Notes: generated from the letters alone by a model not told the origin. A stretch of 64,000 bases of DNA from Octopus bimaculoides (GCF_001194135.2 NC_068993.1:2534458-2598457), one strand, 5' to 3'; shown: positions 39,871 through 53,630, counted from the stretch's first letter. Numbers and translations are program-made.

Positions 39871-41839
39871 ACATACATGTAACACACTGCCTAAATGCCA
39901 GTCTTGAGAAATTAGGCTTCTCAAAACCAGAAAGGAGAAAGCTAATTCGAAGACTACCAATCCAAGCCATCACTGGAACTGTAAAAATCTGTAAAACTTT
40001 CCAGAAGTTTATCATTTAACCATATTACCACAGCTTATGGCATTCAAACCAATACGTCCAAGTTAGATTAGATGTGCACATTAATATTTGTTAGAAAGGT
40101 AGCTTCCATTACTAATATCCAATATTTACACATAAATATATATATATTTACATATATATTTACATATATATATATATANNNNNNNNNNNNNNNNNNNNNN
40201 NNNNNNNNNNNNNNNNNNNNNNNNNNNNNNNNNNNNNNNNNNNNNNNNNNNNNNNNNNNNNNNNNNNNNNNNNNNNNNNNNNNNNNNNNNNNNNNNNNNN
40301 NNNNNNNNNNNNNNNNNNNNNNNNNNNNNNNNNNNNNNNNNNNNNNNNNNNNNNNNNNNNNNNNNNNNNNNNNNNNNNNNNNNNNNNNNNNNNNNNNNNN
40401 NNNNNNNNNNNNNNNNNNNNNNNNNNNNNNNNNNNNNNNNNNNNNNNNNNNNNNNNNNNNNNNNNNNNNNNNNNNNNNNNNNNNNNNNNNNTATATATGT
40501 ATATGTATGTATGTATGTATGTATTATGTATGTGTGTATATGTATATCAGCTGAGAAATCACATCATTCATTTCCCCAGTTACTTCCCCCTTTCTCTCAA
40601 ATGCCTTATATACATTATGACTTATGTTAATTTTCTTTTAAGTAATAATTGTTCTTATTTGTGTTTGGTGTTTTCATTTCTACTTGTCACTTATCATGAA
40701 CTATCTTAAAAAATTCATAACTAATTTTGTTAGGTTGCTCTCCTTATTACTGGTGCTGCTACTACTACTGCTGCTACTACTGCTGCTGTTGTTGTTGTTC
40801 TTTTCAGACCAAAGGGCAAACTTTTCTCCTATATCCTCAAAATTCCAATCAGTCAAAAGTATGGTAGATAACGCTTTGGCATTGACATTTCTGCAAAAAT
40901 AATCTCTTAGTGAATAACCTTTGAATCAAAAACTTCTCTTTGTAGTTCAGGTTTTATGAATGTATCTTAATATATAATTCTGTTATCATCATCATCATCA
41001 TCATCATCATCGTTATTATTATTATCATCATCATCATCATTATCCTCAACACTGTCATCATCATCACCATCATCATCTGCTTTGTTATCATCACCACCAC
41101 CATCATCATCCTCATCACTGTCATCGTCGTCGTCGTCATCATTGTCATCATCATCGTCATCATCATCATCATCATTGTTGTCATCGTCATCATATCTATT
41201 ATTTATATTATCATAGTTATCATTGTTGTTGCTACTACTACTACTACTATTACTACTACAACTGCTGCTTTTCTCTTTTTTACCCTCAGCAACTTTGATA
41301 AAGCTGCTTTATAAAAATCAAGCATGTAGTACTTCGTAGAAGGTCATACGCATAAACATATAAATTGCATGCAGTTAATAAGTCTTGTTTGCAGTCAGTC
41401 AAATGTATGACATTTGTGTTCCAGGTAGAAATACATAATCATAGAATGGAGAATGATGTCATTGTGTGGAATGCATAAGAAAATATGCCACAAGAAATGT
41501 TCTCTGGCTCCAATAAGAAACCCTTGCAAAACTGAATGCTTGTCAAGATTAGTTTTTAAGAGATTCCAAATCATTTGAACAAAACAAATTAAATTATATT
41601 TTTATATTCTAGTTAATGTTAAGGTTATTTCTGCAGATTATTCAAGCTTGTCTTTGATCTCATTGTTTGTTTACATCTGCCGCCTTGATATGAAACGGTG
41701 TAGCAAAAATCAGTGCTGGCTATAAGTTCTATAGAATATCTGTAGAAATAATCTTAACAAAATAATTTCTATAGCACTGCTAACACAGGAGAACATGGTG
41801 TTGTCTTATGAAAGACATTTAATATACTTTATAGGATTT

Positions 41840-42442
41840 CGTGGTTGCATTTGGGAGAGAGGGTGGATGTGAAACAGCTGTGACAGCAAGAGTGAGGCTT
41901 GGCTGGGTGCAGTTCAGGGAATGTGGAGCATTGTTATATGGGAAAAGGTTCTCATTAAAGATGAAAGGAAGGGTCTATAAGAGTTGTGTGAGAGCTGCGA
42001 TGCTGTATGGGAGTGAAACATGGTGTCTGAGGGAGAGAGAATTTTGAGAAGGGCTGTGAGAGCAAGGGTGAGAGGAATGTGTGGTGTGAGGTTGTTTGAT
42101 AAGAGGAGGACTGAGGATTTGATGAGGATGCTGGGGTTGGAGGAATTGGTGGAACGGCTGGCAAGGGTACATGGAGTGCAGTGGTATGGGCATGTGTTGA
42201 GGAGGGTTGAAGAGCATGTTCTGAGAAGGGTGATTGCATCTGAGATAAATGGAGCGCGAAAGTAAGGTAGACTGAGGAAAAGGTGAAGAGGACAGGTGGA
42301 GGAGGAGATTGGGAGGGTTGGTTTGAAAAAGGAGGATGCTCCAAACTGATCAAGATGGCGAGATGGTGGGATGGCGGTTGCTATGGCATTGAGGAAGATC
42401 TGGCCACCCCCATTAATAGGGACAAAACCCAGATTTAAAACA

Positions 42443-42487
<45 letters not shown>

Positions 42488-42490
42488 AGT
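41840..42490 (+). mobile_element. 5'-truncated RTE-clade LINE, ORF2 C-terminal region with frameshift/stops and (GAT)n tail
   Basis: Frame 1: GGCETAVTARVRLGWVQFRECGALLYGKRFSLKMKGRVYKSCVRAAMLYGSETWCL. After a shift: ILRRAVRARVRGMCGVRLFDKRRTEDLMRMLGLEELVERLARVHGVQWYGHVLRR. These are the post-RT motifs (K..VY...V...MLYG.ETW, WYGHV.R) of RTE LINEs; ends gatttaaaacactg(GAT)n. Confidence 0.92.
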
Positions 42491-43401
42491 GGTGGTGATG
42501 GTGATGGTGATGATGATGATGACAACAATGACAACAATGACAACAATGCCGACGCTGATGTTGCCGATAGTGAAGATGGTGACAGCGATGATGACGAAAC
42601 ATTACTTAAAGACAGCTTTCTTAGTCTTTGAATTTCTGTAATTACTGATTTGTGATCCCTTATCTTTTAAAACAGATTGAGTAGCTGTGATATTCCTTGA
42701 TTTATCCAATACATCTATGAAATGGAAGAGAAGCAATTTCAAGAACTATCTCTTGCTTCTTTTAATCATTTTCTGTCTCCAAATCTTCACCAAAGTTAAT
42801 AGAGAATGTAAATTCAGGACAAAATGAATTTAGCTTTTGAAATTAACTTTTTTTAAAGCTACGTATTATTTATTACTCTTTGTCTCCGTTTATTTTTCTC
42901 CAACTTTTAATTGCAATGAGTATTTTTCCATGTATTCCTATCAGTGTTGTGTACAGATTTATTTTATGAGAAACAGGTTACTGGTAAAAATAAATGGAGG
43001 CAAAAAAAAAATGGTTTAAAAACGTGCTTATTTGTTTTTGTTCAAGATTTCCTTGTTAACCAATTGTGTTCAGTGAAGTGCAGAGCAGTAAATTATCTCA
43101 TGCTTTTGAGACACAAAACTTTGAAAGTATTTCATATTTAATACACTTTCCACCTGAAACAATAAAAATCACATTTTCTGGTCATAAAACAATTGGCATA
43201 AAATAAGTTTTAGGAAATTGGTCATGTCATCATTAAATGTCGTTGTTGTCGTCATCGTCATCATAACTATCATTATCATTGTCATCACCATCATCATTAT
43301 CATCGTCGTCATCATCTTCTTTGTCACCTTCTTCATCATCATCACAACTGCTACTACCACCACAACCAGTCATCACCACCAACATGGACACAATTATTAC
43401 T

Positions 43402-43433
<32 letters not shown>

Positions 43434-43519
43434 AATTGTTATCCTTTTCCTCCTCCTCCTCATCATCATCATCATACCATCACCATCATCATGACCATGT
43501 GAGCTTGTTAATGGAATAT

Positions 43520-43600
43520 TAGGTATGGAGCTGTGGTTAAGACGTTGCCTTCTCAACAATATGGTTCTAGGTTCAGTCCTATGACACAGGCAATTGTCAT
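43520..43600 (+). mobile_element. SINE A head fragment
   Basis: ggagctgtggttaagacgttgccttctcaacaatatggttctaggttcagtcc. Confidence 0.6.
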
Positions 43601-43745
43601 CTACAGGGGTTATTAAGAAAAAGGAGGGATACAGTGAAAAGGTGACAGAGTGGGCTGTGTTGAGTGAATATACATAAAGGACAGGAATGCAGTAAAAATA
43701 AAGTAAAGACGAGGCAGGGTTAGAATTATGAGCCAACTAAATATC

Positions 43746-43960
43746 GGTTTTAAATTTTGGCACAAGGCCAGCAATTTTAGGGAAGTGTGTAGGTTGATTA
43801 CATCAACCCCAGTACTCAACTGGTACTTATTTTATCAACCCTGAAAGGATAAAAGGTAAAGCTGATCTCAGCAGAATTTGAACTCAGAATGTAAAGATGG
43901 ATAAAATGCTGCCAAGCCTTCTGCCCCACAGGCTAAGGATTCGGCCATCTTGCTGCCTTA
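43746..43960 (-). mobile_element. SINE family B, reverse, CpG-decayed
   Basis: aattttggcacaaggccagc...caactggtacttattttatcaaccctgaaaggataaaagg...gaatttgaactcagaatgtaaag...cttgctgcctt. Confidence 0.85.
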
Positions 43961-44414
43961 TGAGCCAACAAAATATTAATGAAGTGTACCGTGACCCTGT
44001 CCCTACATCACTGTAAGTGTCTTGCTACCGATTTCATGCTAGATGGATTATATGGGGCTATTAAAAGTTATGTGTGTATATTATGCTGCCAGTAGCTAAT
44101 CATGTGACTCTCCAAGGAAGTATATTGTTATAATATGAGTAAATCAATTTAATTCTATAGTCTCTTTATTACCATAGTACAGAATATGTTTATAAGTTTG
44201 GAGTAGAGATTTGAGAATAAAGTAGTACGTAATTTAATTGAGACTGCAGGATATAGAAAATATTGTAAATTATATTGTAGTAAATGTAATTATTTAATAA
44301 GTTCAATTAACTTTGTCAGAAAATATTTCGACCTGGCTATAGAATTTGTCTGTTTCTTGAATCTCTTTATAGTTTATTGACAAAAGTGTGAGTTGGAAAT
44401 TTATATATTTAGGC

Positions 44415-44529
44415 AATGGATGGGTTCAGTCCCACAGTGCATCACCTTGGGCAAGTGTTTTCTACTATAGCTCTGGACCAGCTGATACCCTGTGAAGGAA
44501 TTTGGTTGATGGAAACTGTGGGGAAGCCC

Positions 44530-44574
<45 letters not shown>

Positions 44575-44760
44575 GTGTGTGTGTGTGTGAGTGTATTTTT
44601 GCATCCTTGTTTGTTCCTTCTTGCTGCTTGTTTACATCTCTGTGACTTAGTGGTTTAGCAAAACACCAGACTTAAAATCTGCTTGACTAATTCCATTCAA
44701 TGTAATGCCCCAGCATGACCACAGTCCAAATTGAAGCAAGTGAAAGTAAGAAGATAAATA
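44415..44760 (+). mobile_element. SINE family A lacking most of the head, with internal (TA)n(TG)n
   Basis: gggttcagtcccacagtgcatcaccttgggcaagtgttttctactatag...(TA)n(TG)n...gccccagcatgaccacagtccaaattgaagcaagtgaaag. Confidence 0.85.
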
Positions 44761-46149
44761 TAGAATTCCTTATCTCTACATTGACCCAATGTCTTCATTT
44801 ATCCAGAGGTTCACCCTCAGTGAACATAAGTTTGATCACAGCTATTCTAGCCATGACTATCCAATCATTTTTTGCTTAGTCTAAAGAATCAGTTTTTTTT
44901 TTTTAATGAATTCATGGAAATTTGGCTGTTATTTTTGTAAACTCAAGTACAAATGTCTTGTTTTCATAAGTTTTGAATTAAAATTTTCCACCAAACTTTA
45001 GTCACAATTTATGTTCCTAACACTAGCTTAATGATAACTAAGTTATTTTACTAAATATTTTGTTATATTTAAAGTAACTGAAAGAAACACAGAGCATATC
45101 AACAGAAATACGGTAACGAAAGGGTTAGGGTTAGGAGATGGGTGGGTAATGGTGACTAGAATGTCAGGTGGATCGAGACTGTCGTTGGTGATAATAATAC
45201 AATATAGACTTTCGCTTGGATATAGATTTAGACTTTTGCTTGTAGTATATAAGATTGTATACAAAACTGCTATCTGTGCCAGTAGTTGAATATAGAGGTG
45301 TATAGAGAATGCTGTTTGTGTTAATACTAGAATATAGGGGTGGCTAGAGAGAGAGAGAGAGAGATTAGGAAGTGGATAGAGACTGTTGATAATGATAATA
45401 ATAGTCTTAAGCTCATAAATATGAATGACTATAATACATGAAATTAACTGGAAATATTTCAGTAAACTACTTAAGCATCATGAGACACAGTTGACAGTAA
45501 ACCAAAAGAAGCTATTGATGGTTGTACTTTAGTATATTATAGAATTCTGCTGTCAGCTGCTAATTCTTTATTGCAAACTAATGTTACTCAGCAGAACAGA
45601 GCAATATTTTAGCTGCTCAGCAATAAATTCGCTGATAAATATAAAATATTGTGATTTAGGAACTTAAATTGTGTAGTATAACTCTTTCGCCACATAGCCA
45701 TGTCTCATCTCTGACCGACAGTCAAAGAATGCTTCTGGTAAAAGAGGGAGACAAACGTTCTTGAACTTTTGATTCTAGAACCAAAATGAAATGAAATTTA
45801 CAATTAAAGAATATGTCTGTTTCTTCCTCTGTTTATTTTATTCTCTCTCTCTATGTCAATGGTTTAGAAATAACTTTTAGAAATGTAATTTTGAATTCAA
45901 TTAACAAATAATATAAATGTAATTGTCAATCAGCTTTACTGATGAGATATAAGCGATATTAAAATGTTGTGTTTTGAGGTGATGGCAAAAAGAAGCATCG
46001 ATATTGAATGTTTAACTAGATCTGAACAATCTTGAACATTTATCCTTGCTGTCATCTTCATTGTTGTTGTTGTCATTGTCGTCATCATTTACAGGCAACA
46101 TGTAACAGGCTTTGTCTAATTGCTTTAGGTACCTATGTAACCACAAGCA

Positions 46150-46370
46150 GCTATGGATGAGCTCTTGGTCCCTCTATCTATGACCCAGTATCATAGCCAA
46201 AATGTGATAGATGGAGGGTGAGAGGGCTGTGCCCACATTAAGCTGGTACTTATTTACAGTTAAATTGACTTAAGCAACAGGAAATGAAGTGCTTTGCTTG
46301 GTCTAAGGTTTGAACCAAAGATATGATTGTCAGCTAGACACTCCTGCCAACAAGCCATGTGTCTTTCCCA
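46150..46370 (-). mobile_element. Old degraded tRNA-headed SINE, reverse
   Basis: aagctggtacttatttacag...aagcaacaggaaatgaagtgctttgctt...ggtttgaacc...caagccatg pattern. Confidence 0.45.
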
Positions 46371-47371
46371 AATGGAACACAACTGGGATAGGAAGATGAC
46401 AACAGTGGAATTTTAAAGTGCTGCTCTTACAATTTCCTCATGCAGATCATCACGAAGCTTCAGAGATCTTACCGTTTCATTGCAATGTCATGAGTTCTGT
46501 TTCTAGGGAACCTATCACTTAATCCTGACTCTGAACTTCGTTGAATTTTAAAGTTTTAAGTCTCCTGTCTAATGACACAATAAAAACATATAACCGAGTT
46601 CTGAAGTCATGAAATATAAACTAGCAATCAATCAATTTATAGCAATCTGTTATATGAACCCTAGTATATTACTGGTGCTTCATTTATAAATCTTAAAGGG
46701 ATGATAAGTAAAGTTAATTGCCTTAGGAATGAAGAAGAGGTAGAGAGGACATTGCTAGGTATTTTGTGCTTTACAGCTTCTTCCAAATTTCAGATACATT
46801 TTAATTAAGCTGTAATTAAAACTTGATTGTAAAAAAAATAATAATAATGATCTTTTGTTTATGGCCATCATTTAAATAATCTGCTTTTAACTATTGCTCG
46901 ATCTGAAGTCTTTTAATTAATAGGAAAAGATTTGATAAAATAGTTGTTGATATTTTGTTTTATTAGCAGAAAAAAGAATGAGATATATAATAAATGTAAA
47001 AAAAAAAGATAAAAAGGAAGAAATAATTACTTTTCCCTTGATTAAATCATTTTCTGCTGCCACCCACCACAATCCCTGCCAACACCCATCTCATACTTCC
47101 ATGTACATTTTCAATGTGGAACGAATATAAGGAAATATACTACATTATAGATGGTCGTCGTCGTTATCATCACTGTCATAACCATCATCACCATGATGAT
47201 CATTGTTGTCATCGTCATCATCATCATTTATGTCCATTCTCCATTCTGGTATGAGTTGGATGCTTTGAGTGGATCAGGTGACCCAGAGGATCATGCCATG
47301 CACCAATATTTGTTTCAATATATTTCCTATTGTTGAATGCCCTAAACCTCTAAGCTATCTATCTATCTATC

Positions 47372-47420
<49 letters not shown>

Positions 47421-47646
47421 NNNNNNNNNNNNNNNNNNNNNNNNNNNNNNNNNNNNNNNNNNNNNNNNNNNNNNNNNNNNNNNNNNNNNNNNNNNNNNNN
47501 NNNNNNNNNNNNNNNNNNNNNNNNNNNNNNNNNNNNNNNNNNNNNNNNNNNNNNNNNNNNNNNNNNNNNNNNNNNNNNNNNNNNNNNNNNNNNNNNNNNN
47601 NNNNNNNNNNNNNNNNNNNNNNNNNNNNNNNNNNNNNNNNNNNNNN

Positions 47647-47692
<46 letters not shown>

Positions 47693-47769
47693 ATAATTCA
47701 TAAAAAAACAAAAGACGAAGACAAGTTGTGTAGAAAACAAACAGATGTAACAGTATAACGATCGGTAAG

Positions 47770-48085
47770 TGAAAAAGTCATGACTGACCATGGGATTGCA
47801 CTTAGAAAGTTACCTTCCGATACATAAGTCTGGGCAAGGTTGTTTATGGAAGACCAGCAGTTGACCATGCATACCAGCCTTCCCTCTCCATGCCACCGAT
47901 GTTATCCAAGGGAAAGGCAAACAGTCAATACAGCTTGGCACCATTGACGTCGCAGCTCATTTATTAATATGCAAGTGGCTGAGCACTCCACAGACATGTG
48001 TACCCTTAACATAGTTCTCGTGGATATTCAGCGTGACACAGAGTGTGACAAGGCTGGCCCCTTTGAATTACAGGTACAATAGAAA
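47770..48085 (-). mobile_element. Retroposon fragments: 47770-47955 (unassigned family) joined to a SINE D part (47955-48085)
   Basis: agtggctgagcactccacagacatgtgtacccttaacatagttctc...gtgtgacaaggctggccc is the reverse of the family D body; upstream accagcagttgaccatgcataccagcct...gatgttatccaagggaaaggc is a different repeat-like sequence. Confidence 0.65.
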
Positions 48086-48311
48086 CAGGAAGAAAGAGTG
48101 AGAGAAAGTCGTGGTGAAAGANNNNNNNNNNNNNNNNNNNNNNNNNNNNNNNNNNNNNNNNNNNNNNNNNNNNNNNNNNNNNNNNNNNNNNNNNNNNNNN
48201 NNNNNNNNNNNNNNNNNNNNNNNNNNNNNNNNNNNNNNNNNNNNNNNNNNNNNNNNNNNNNNNNNNNNNNNNNNNNNNNNNNNNNNNNNNNNNNNNNNNN
48301 NNNNNNNNNNN

Positions 48312-48353
<42 letters not shown>

Positions 48354-49489
48354 CACACTGCATTTCTTCTTCTCACATTGTTTTCCATGGTTATTGTAAT
48401 CATCATCATCATTATCATCACTGTTGTCATTGTTGTTGTTGTAGTCCATATTATTATTGCTATTACTATTGTTATCATCATTGTTAATATTATTGTATAT
48501 CTTTATTCGGTTGGCTTTGGCATTGGAATTGATGAACCTAGACAAAAACCCAGAAAACCGTAACATTTAATATCATTATTGTGGATCCATTTCTGGAAAA
48601 GCATCCTTGTTCAAGTAATCACGAAAGATATCTAAGAGCTGTTAATTGCTGAAACCTGTTTGATTCTGTTGTTATAAGTGCTTCATTGCCAATTGTTTAT
48701 ACATTATTTTGTACTTGTTGTTATAGTTGTTGTTGTCAATGAATATATGTTGTTTTAGCTAATGAACTATTTCACAATTGGTGAAAGCCACACAGAGTGT
48801 GTTTGGAAGTCAATAACAAAAGTAAGTTAATCAACAAAAATCTGTAGAGAAAAATATCTAATAATAGATATGTGTGTCTGTGTGTATGAGTGAATTATTT
48901 ACACACGAACACATACATACACGCACACACACATTATATACATATGCATATATACATGTGTGCGTGTGTGTGTGTGTAAACAAACTTTGTTTCCTAGAAT
49001 TTTACTCTACTCTTCACAAGAAAACTTTTCCCTTTCGTGTTTCCTGCAGCTTTAATATACACTGGTTTGGATTTCTAAATTTGGATATGGCAATCATTTT
49101 CATTAATTTTGTAACATTTTTATGGAGAATTGTCTTTAGTTGTCTTTCTTTCATTTGCCATTTCTATAGTTGAATGAAGAAAACAAGCAGTGTTTTGATA
49201 CAAGCTACGGACAATGCTTCAGATCAAAAGTATATGAAATAATAGGACTATGTGCATAAAAAGCTAAAACAAAAAAACTTATGATGATAAACCAAATCAG
49301 GATACGACCACACAGAGATGGTGGCTTAACATTCTTCCAAAATACAGGCAGACAAAAAGTGGACAAATACAATATCAAAGAAAATTACTTCAAAGTGCTC
49401 ATCCTCAAAATTTCTGTCTAAATCAATCTAATCATCTTAAAACTTATAAACTTAACAATAAACGTAAGGACAAGGGGCAATTTTTTCCT

Positions 49490-49640
49490 CCTCCATTTTC
49501 CTGTCTTTGGACTTTCCTTGTTTCCGACGAAGAGCTCCGCTCGAAACGTCATACTCTCTCTCTTTCCTTTCCCGAGTGTCTAGTAACACTATCTGTATCA
49601 CGTCCTCACGTTGTTATTTTTTGTTGTTGTTTTTTTGTCT
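49490..49640 (+). mobile_element. Penelope-like terminal-repeat fragment next to (TA)n, with minimal hammerhead-like motif at 49520-49554
   Basis: gtttCCGACGA-A-GAGC-tcc-GCTC-GAAACGTC-atac. PLE assignment is by analogy. Confidence 0.55.
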
Positions 49641-49656
49641 TTTTCCTTTTTTTGAA

Positions 49657-49722
<66 letters not shown>

Positions 49723-52003
49723 CATAGATGCACACACACACACACACACACACAGATTTACCATGTGCATTCAAACCTAAGGGAAGGTGAGCAAATGTTA
49801 ATGGGTGTGCTAGTATATATAACAAGAAAATAAAAACAATACATGTGAGAAATTTTTTATATTCGTAAAGAAATTAAAATTACTCTGTATATGTTTCAGT
49901 GAGTATTAGAACTATTTATAGTGTCGGATATTTTAATTAACAATAAGCAAATCAAATATTACAGAAACAATAAATATGAGATATAAATTTGGTTAAATTC
50001 TATTTTTTAAGTGTTGAAGAAATTAAAGGGTAAGTAAAAGGAACAACTGACGGAATTATAAAATGATAGAAATATTCCTCATTGAATTGTAAAAGAGTTT
50101 ACAGGAATATTTAAAGTAGCATAACTGGGGAGAGAAGAAGAAGAGCAAAAATGGAATTATATATATAATGATGAAGGAAAATGAATATATTGAATGGAGA
50201 AGTATTGGGTGAGATAATTAAATAAATGAATAATTGGATATATGATGAATGTATAAAGAAATAAGATTAAAAGAATATAAAATATAAGTGTGATTAAATG
50301 AAATGGGATAATATGAGAAAAGTGGTTGCTTAAAATGAAAGAATAGAAAGTTGATCAACTGTGAGGAGAAAGAAAAATATAACTGAATGAGTTTAGAGGA
50401 GACAGAATAAATAGAATGAAATAAGTGAGTGAAATCTATAGAAATTGCCAAAGATTTCAGAGGTTGCTACAATAAATTATATGTAAAATAATATGAGTGA
50501 AGAAAACTAAAATGTTTAATCAAGGTGAAAGAGTTTAGCAAGTTAATATTTAATTAGTCTAAGTGAAGGTAGATAAGTTAATCAAAGGATATAAGTATGA
50601 AGCAAACACTGATGTATAAATTCGAATGGTGTATAAAGCGAAAATATAACAAAAAATGTTAACGAAGAGGGTTCTAATTAGAATGGTTGGCTGGTTAGTA
50701 TAAATTGTAAATTACTAAATATTTAATGAAGAAAGTTAGTTGTGAACTAAGTAAAGTTGAACTAATTTGTTTGAATGCTATTCATAGATACATACATACA
50801 TACATAACATACATATATATATATACACACACACACACACATATATGCATATATATACATATATATATATATGTATGTATGTATGTAATGTGTGTATGTG
50901 TTGTGTGTGCATGTGCATGTGAATGTATGTGTATGTATGTGTGTGTGTGTGTAAATCTGTTTAGTTCAGCCAAAATTAATTCGGCATACATTCAAAGATG
51001 TGTTACCTGTTGAGATCAGTGATTAGATGAAAATGTTTTCGAGTCTTCAGAATTCTGTATTTGCTAAAGGAAATTCTTTCAGAATGCTCCTTAAAATTCG
51101 AGCCTCTAGGGATGAGAATTTCTAAGCTATTAGAAGTGCCTTCCATGCCCAGTATGGGATTTGGCACTCAGTAAATTATTCTATTCTCAATTATAAATAT
51201 AAATTTGCATTTTTCAATTCCCAGATTAAGTGAAACAATGCAGTTTTATTATTTCTGTTGCGGGGCTTCTAACTAGATGCAATGACTGGAGTGATAGTTA
51301 AAATGACCAGCGGTAAGAACCAGGGAGTCTATTAAGGACTTATTACAATGCATTGGTAATACATGTCACAAAGTTTAGTAAGTAGAAAATCAGAAGCTTG
51401 TGAAAATAAATGCAGTTGTAATTATTTGTAGGTTAATTCATACAGGATAGTTTCAAGCAAAAAACATTAAGATGATGTTAGGATATATATATATATGAAG
51501 GAGATGTTTCTATGTGGCCTGCTTGTTTGTTGCGCCTTGTTTACCATTTTGTCCCTGTTCTTTTGCCACGTCATGTATCTATATGTACATGTGGATGAAG
51601 GTATATACATACATGTACATATATATACATATATTCATATATTGTTTATATATATATATATATGGCTGAAACCCATAAATAAATAAATAAAATATATATA
51701 TATATATATATATANNNNNNNNNNNNNNNNNNNNNNNNNNNNNNNNNNNNNNNNNNNNNNNNNNNNNNNNNNNNNNNNNNNNNNNNNNNNNNNNNNNNNN
51801 NNNNNNNNNNNNNNNNNNNNNNNNNNNNNNNNNNNNNNNNNNNNNNNNNNNNNNNNNNNNNNNNNNNNNNNNNNNNNNNNNNNNNNNNNNNNNNNNNNNN
51901 NNNNNNNNNNNNNNNNNNNNNNNNNNNNNNNNNNNNNNNNNNNNNNNNNNNNNNNNNNNNNNNNNNNNNNNNNNNNNNNNNNNNNNNNNNNNNNNNNNNN
52001 NNN

Positions 52004-52098
52004 TTCACCACATACCGAAGTTCAGAAATAGCAGCTAAAAATGCTGCTATTTCTGAACTTCGGTATGTGGTGAAGCAACCTGTTTGCTGATCCCTTAA
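52004..52098. mobile_element. Perfect 32-bp hairpin truncated by a gap, ending ...gatccc-TTAA (possible Kolobok-type palindromic MITE)
   Basis: 52004-52035 ttcaccacataccgaagttcagaaatagcagc, loop taaaaat, 52043-52074 exact reverse complement, then gcaacctgtttgctgatccc and ttaa (52095-52098). Confidence 0.5.
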
Positions 52099-52105
52099 TT
52101 TTGTT

Positions 52106-52136
<31 letters not shown>

Positions 52137-52924
52137 GTGTGTATGTATGTATGTATATATGTATATTGAAATATATTTTTGAAGTAATCTTTCACACACA
52201 TATCTATTCCTGTATCCTAAGTCCCCACTTCTTTCATCTCCTCCTCTCTACCAATCATATACTTCTCCTCCTCCCGCCTTGTAGTTGCACTTTTTTAAAC
52301 CAATTCTCTCTCTCTCTCTCTCTCATTTCCTCCCTCTCTCTGTATTTCCTCTTATTACACTCACCATTTTCTTGCTGCTGTATAATCACTGAAACACACA
52401 CACACACACACAGACACACACACACACACACACACAATGGGCATGCATTCTCTATATCTGTACTATTTAAACTTCTCTCTTTTCCTGTTTTTTTTATCCT
52501 TTCCTCCTGCCACCTTTATTATTTCTCTTTGGCCCTTCCTCTCATAATTACCATTCCTTCTTGAGCCAATAAGAAATCCTCTACACATTAGCTCCACCTA
52601 CAGGAAATAACAGCCAAATCTCCATGACATTCAACCTTTTTTGTTTCAAATAATAAAAGGATAGATTTAATAATGTGCTGTAAATACATTAATAGATATA
52701 TACACACAAATATAAATGTATTGCTCTCAAGCTGTGTATATTGAAGTGAATCTTGTTGTGGTTGGATGTATTTGGGGTCTCTTCCTAGCATACAGGCACA
52801 GTGGCTTCCATGGCCTTAATTATAATTGTATTCTGTATAATTATATATCTCTATTTATGAATTTTACCATTAAAGGTTTATTTTATATGCTGGCCATATA
52901 AAATTGTTAATTATTTTATCCTTA

Positions 52925-53007
52925 AATTATATGTGTGTGTGTGTGTGTGTGTCTATAAGGGGATGCACCAGCATGACAGCAGTCTAAATGACTGAAACAA
53001 GAAAAAG

Positions 53008-53010
<3 letters not shown>
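52925..53010 (+). mobile_element. SINE A 3' end after (TG)n
   Basis: gatgcaccagcatgacagcagtctaaatgactgaaacaagaaaaag. Confidence 0.7.
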
Positions 53011-53041
<31 letters not shown>

Positions 53042-53630
53042 NNNNNNNNNNNNNNNNNNNNNNNNNNNNNNNNNNNNNNNNNNNNNNNNNNNNNNNNNNN
53101 NNNNNNNNNNNNNNNNNNNNNNNNNNNNNNNNNNNNNNNNNNNNNNNNNNNNNNNNNNNNNNNNNNNNNNNNNNNNNNNNNNNNNNNNNNNNNNNNNNNN
53201 NNNNNNNNNNNNNNNNNNNNNNNNNNNNNNNNNNNNNNNNNNNNNNNNNNNNNNNNNNNNNNNNNNNNNNNNNNNNNNNNNNNNNNNNNNNNNNNNNNNN
53301 NNNNNNNNNNNNNNNNNNNNNNNNNNNNNNNNNNNNNNNNNNNNNNNNNNNNNNNNNNNNNNNNNNNNNNNNNNNNNNNNNNNNNNNNNNNNNNNNNNNN
53401 NNNNNNNNNNNNNNNNNNNNNNNNNNNNNNNNNNNNNNNNNNNNNNNNNNNNNNNNNNNNNNNNNNNNNNNNNNNNNNNNNNNNNNNNNNNNNNNNNNNN
53501 NNNNNNNNNNNNNNNNNNNNNNNNNNNNNNNNNNNNNNNNNNNNNNNNNNNNNNNNNNNNNNNNNNNNNNNNNNNNNNNNNNNNNNNNNNNNNNNNNNNN
53601 NNNNNNNNNNNNNNNNNNNNNNNNNNNNNC

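Noticed and set aside
41914-42546. 210-aa minus-strand ORF and overlapping ORFs
   Set aside because: Antisense shadows of the RTE LINE fragment and its (GAT)n tail.
45122-45135. gggttagggttagg telomere-like motif
   Set aside because: Only about two units; expected by chance.
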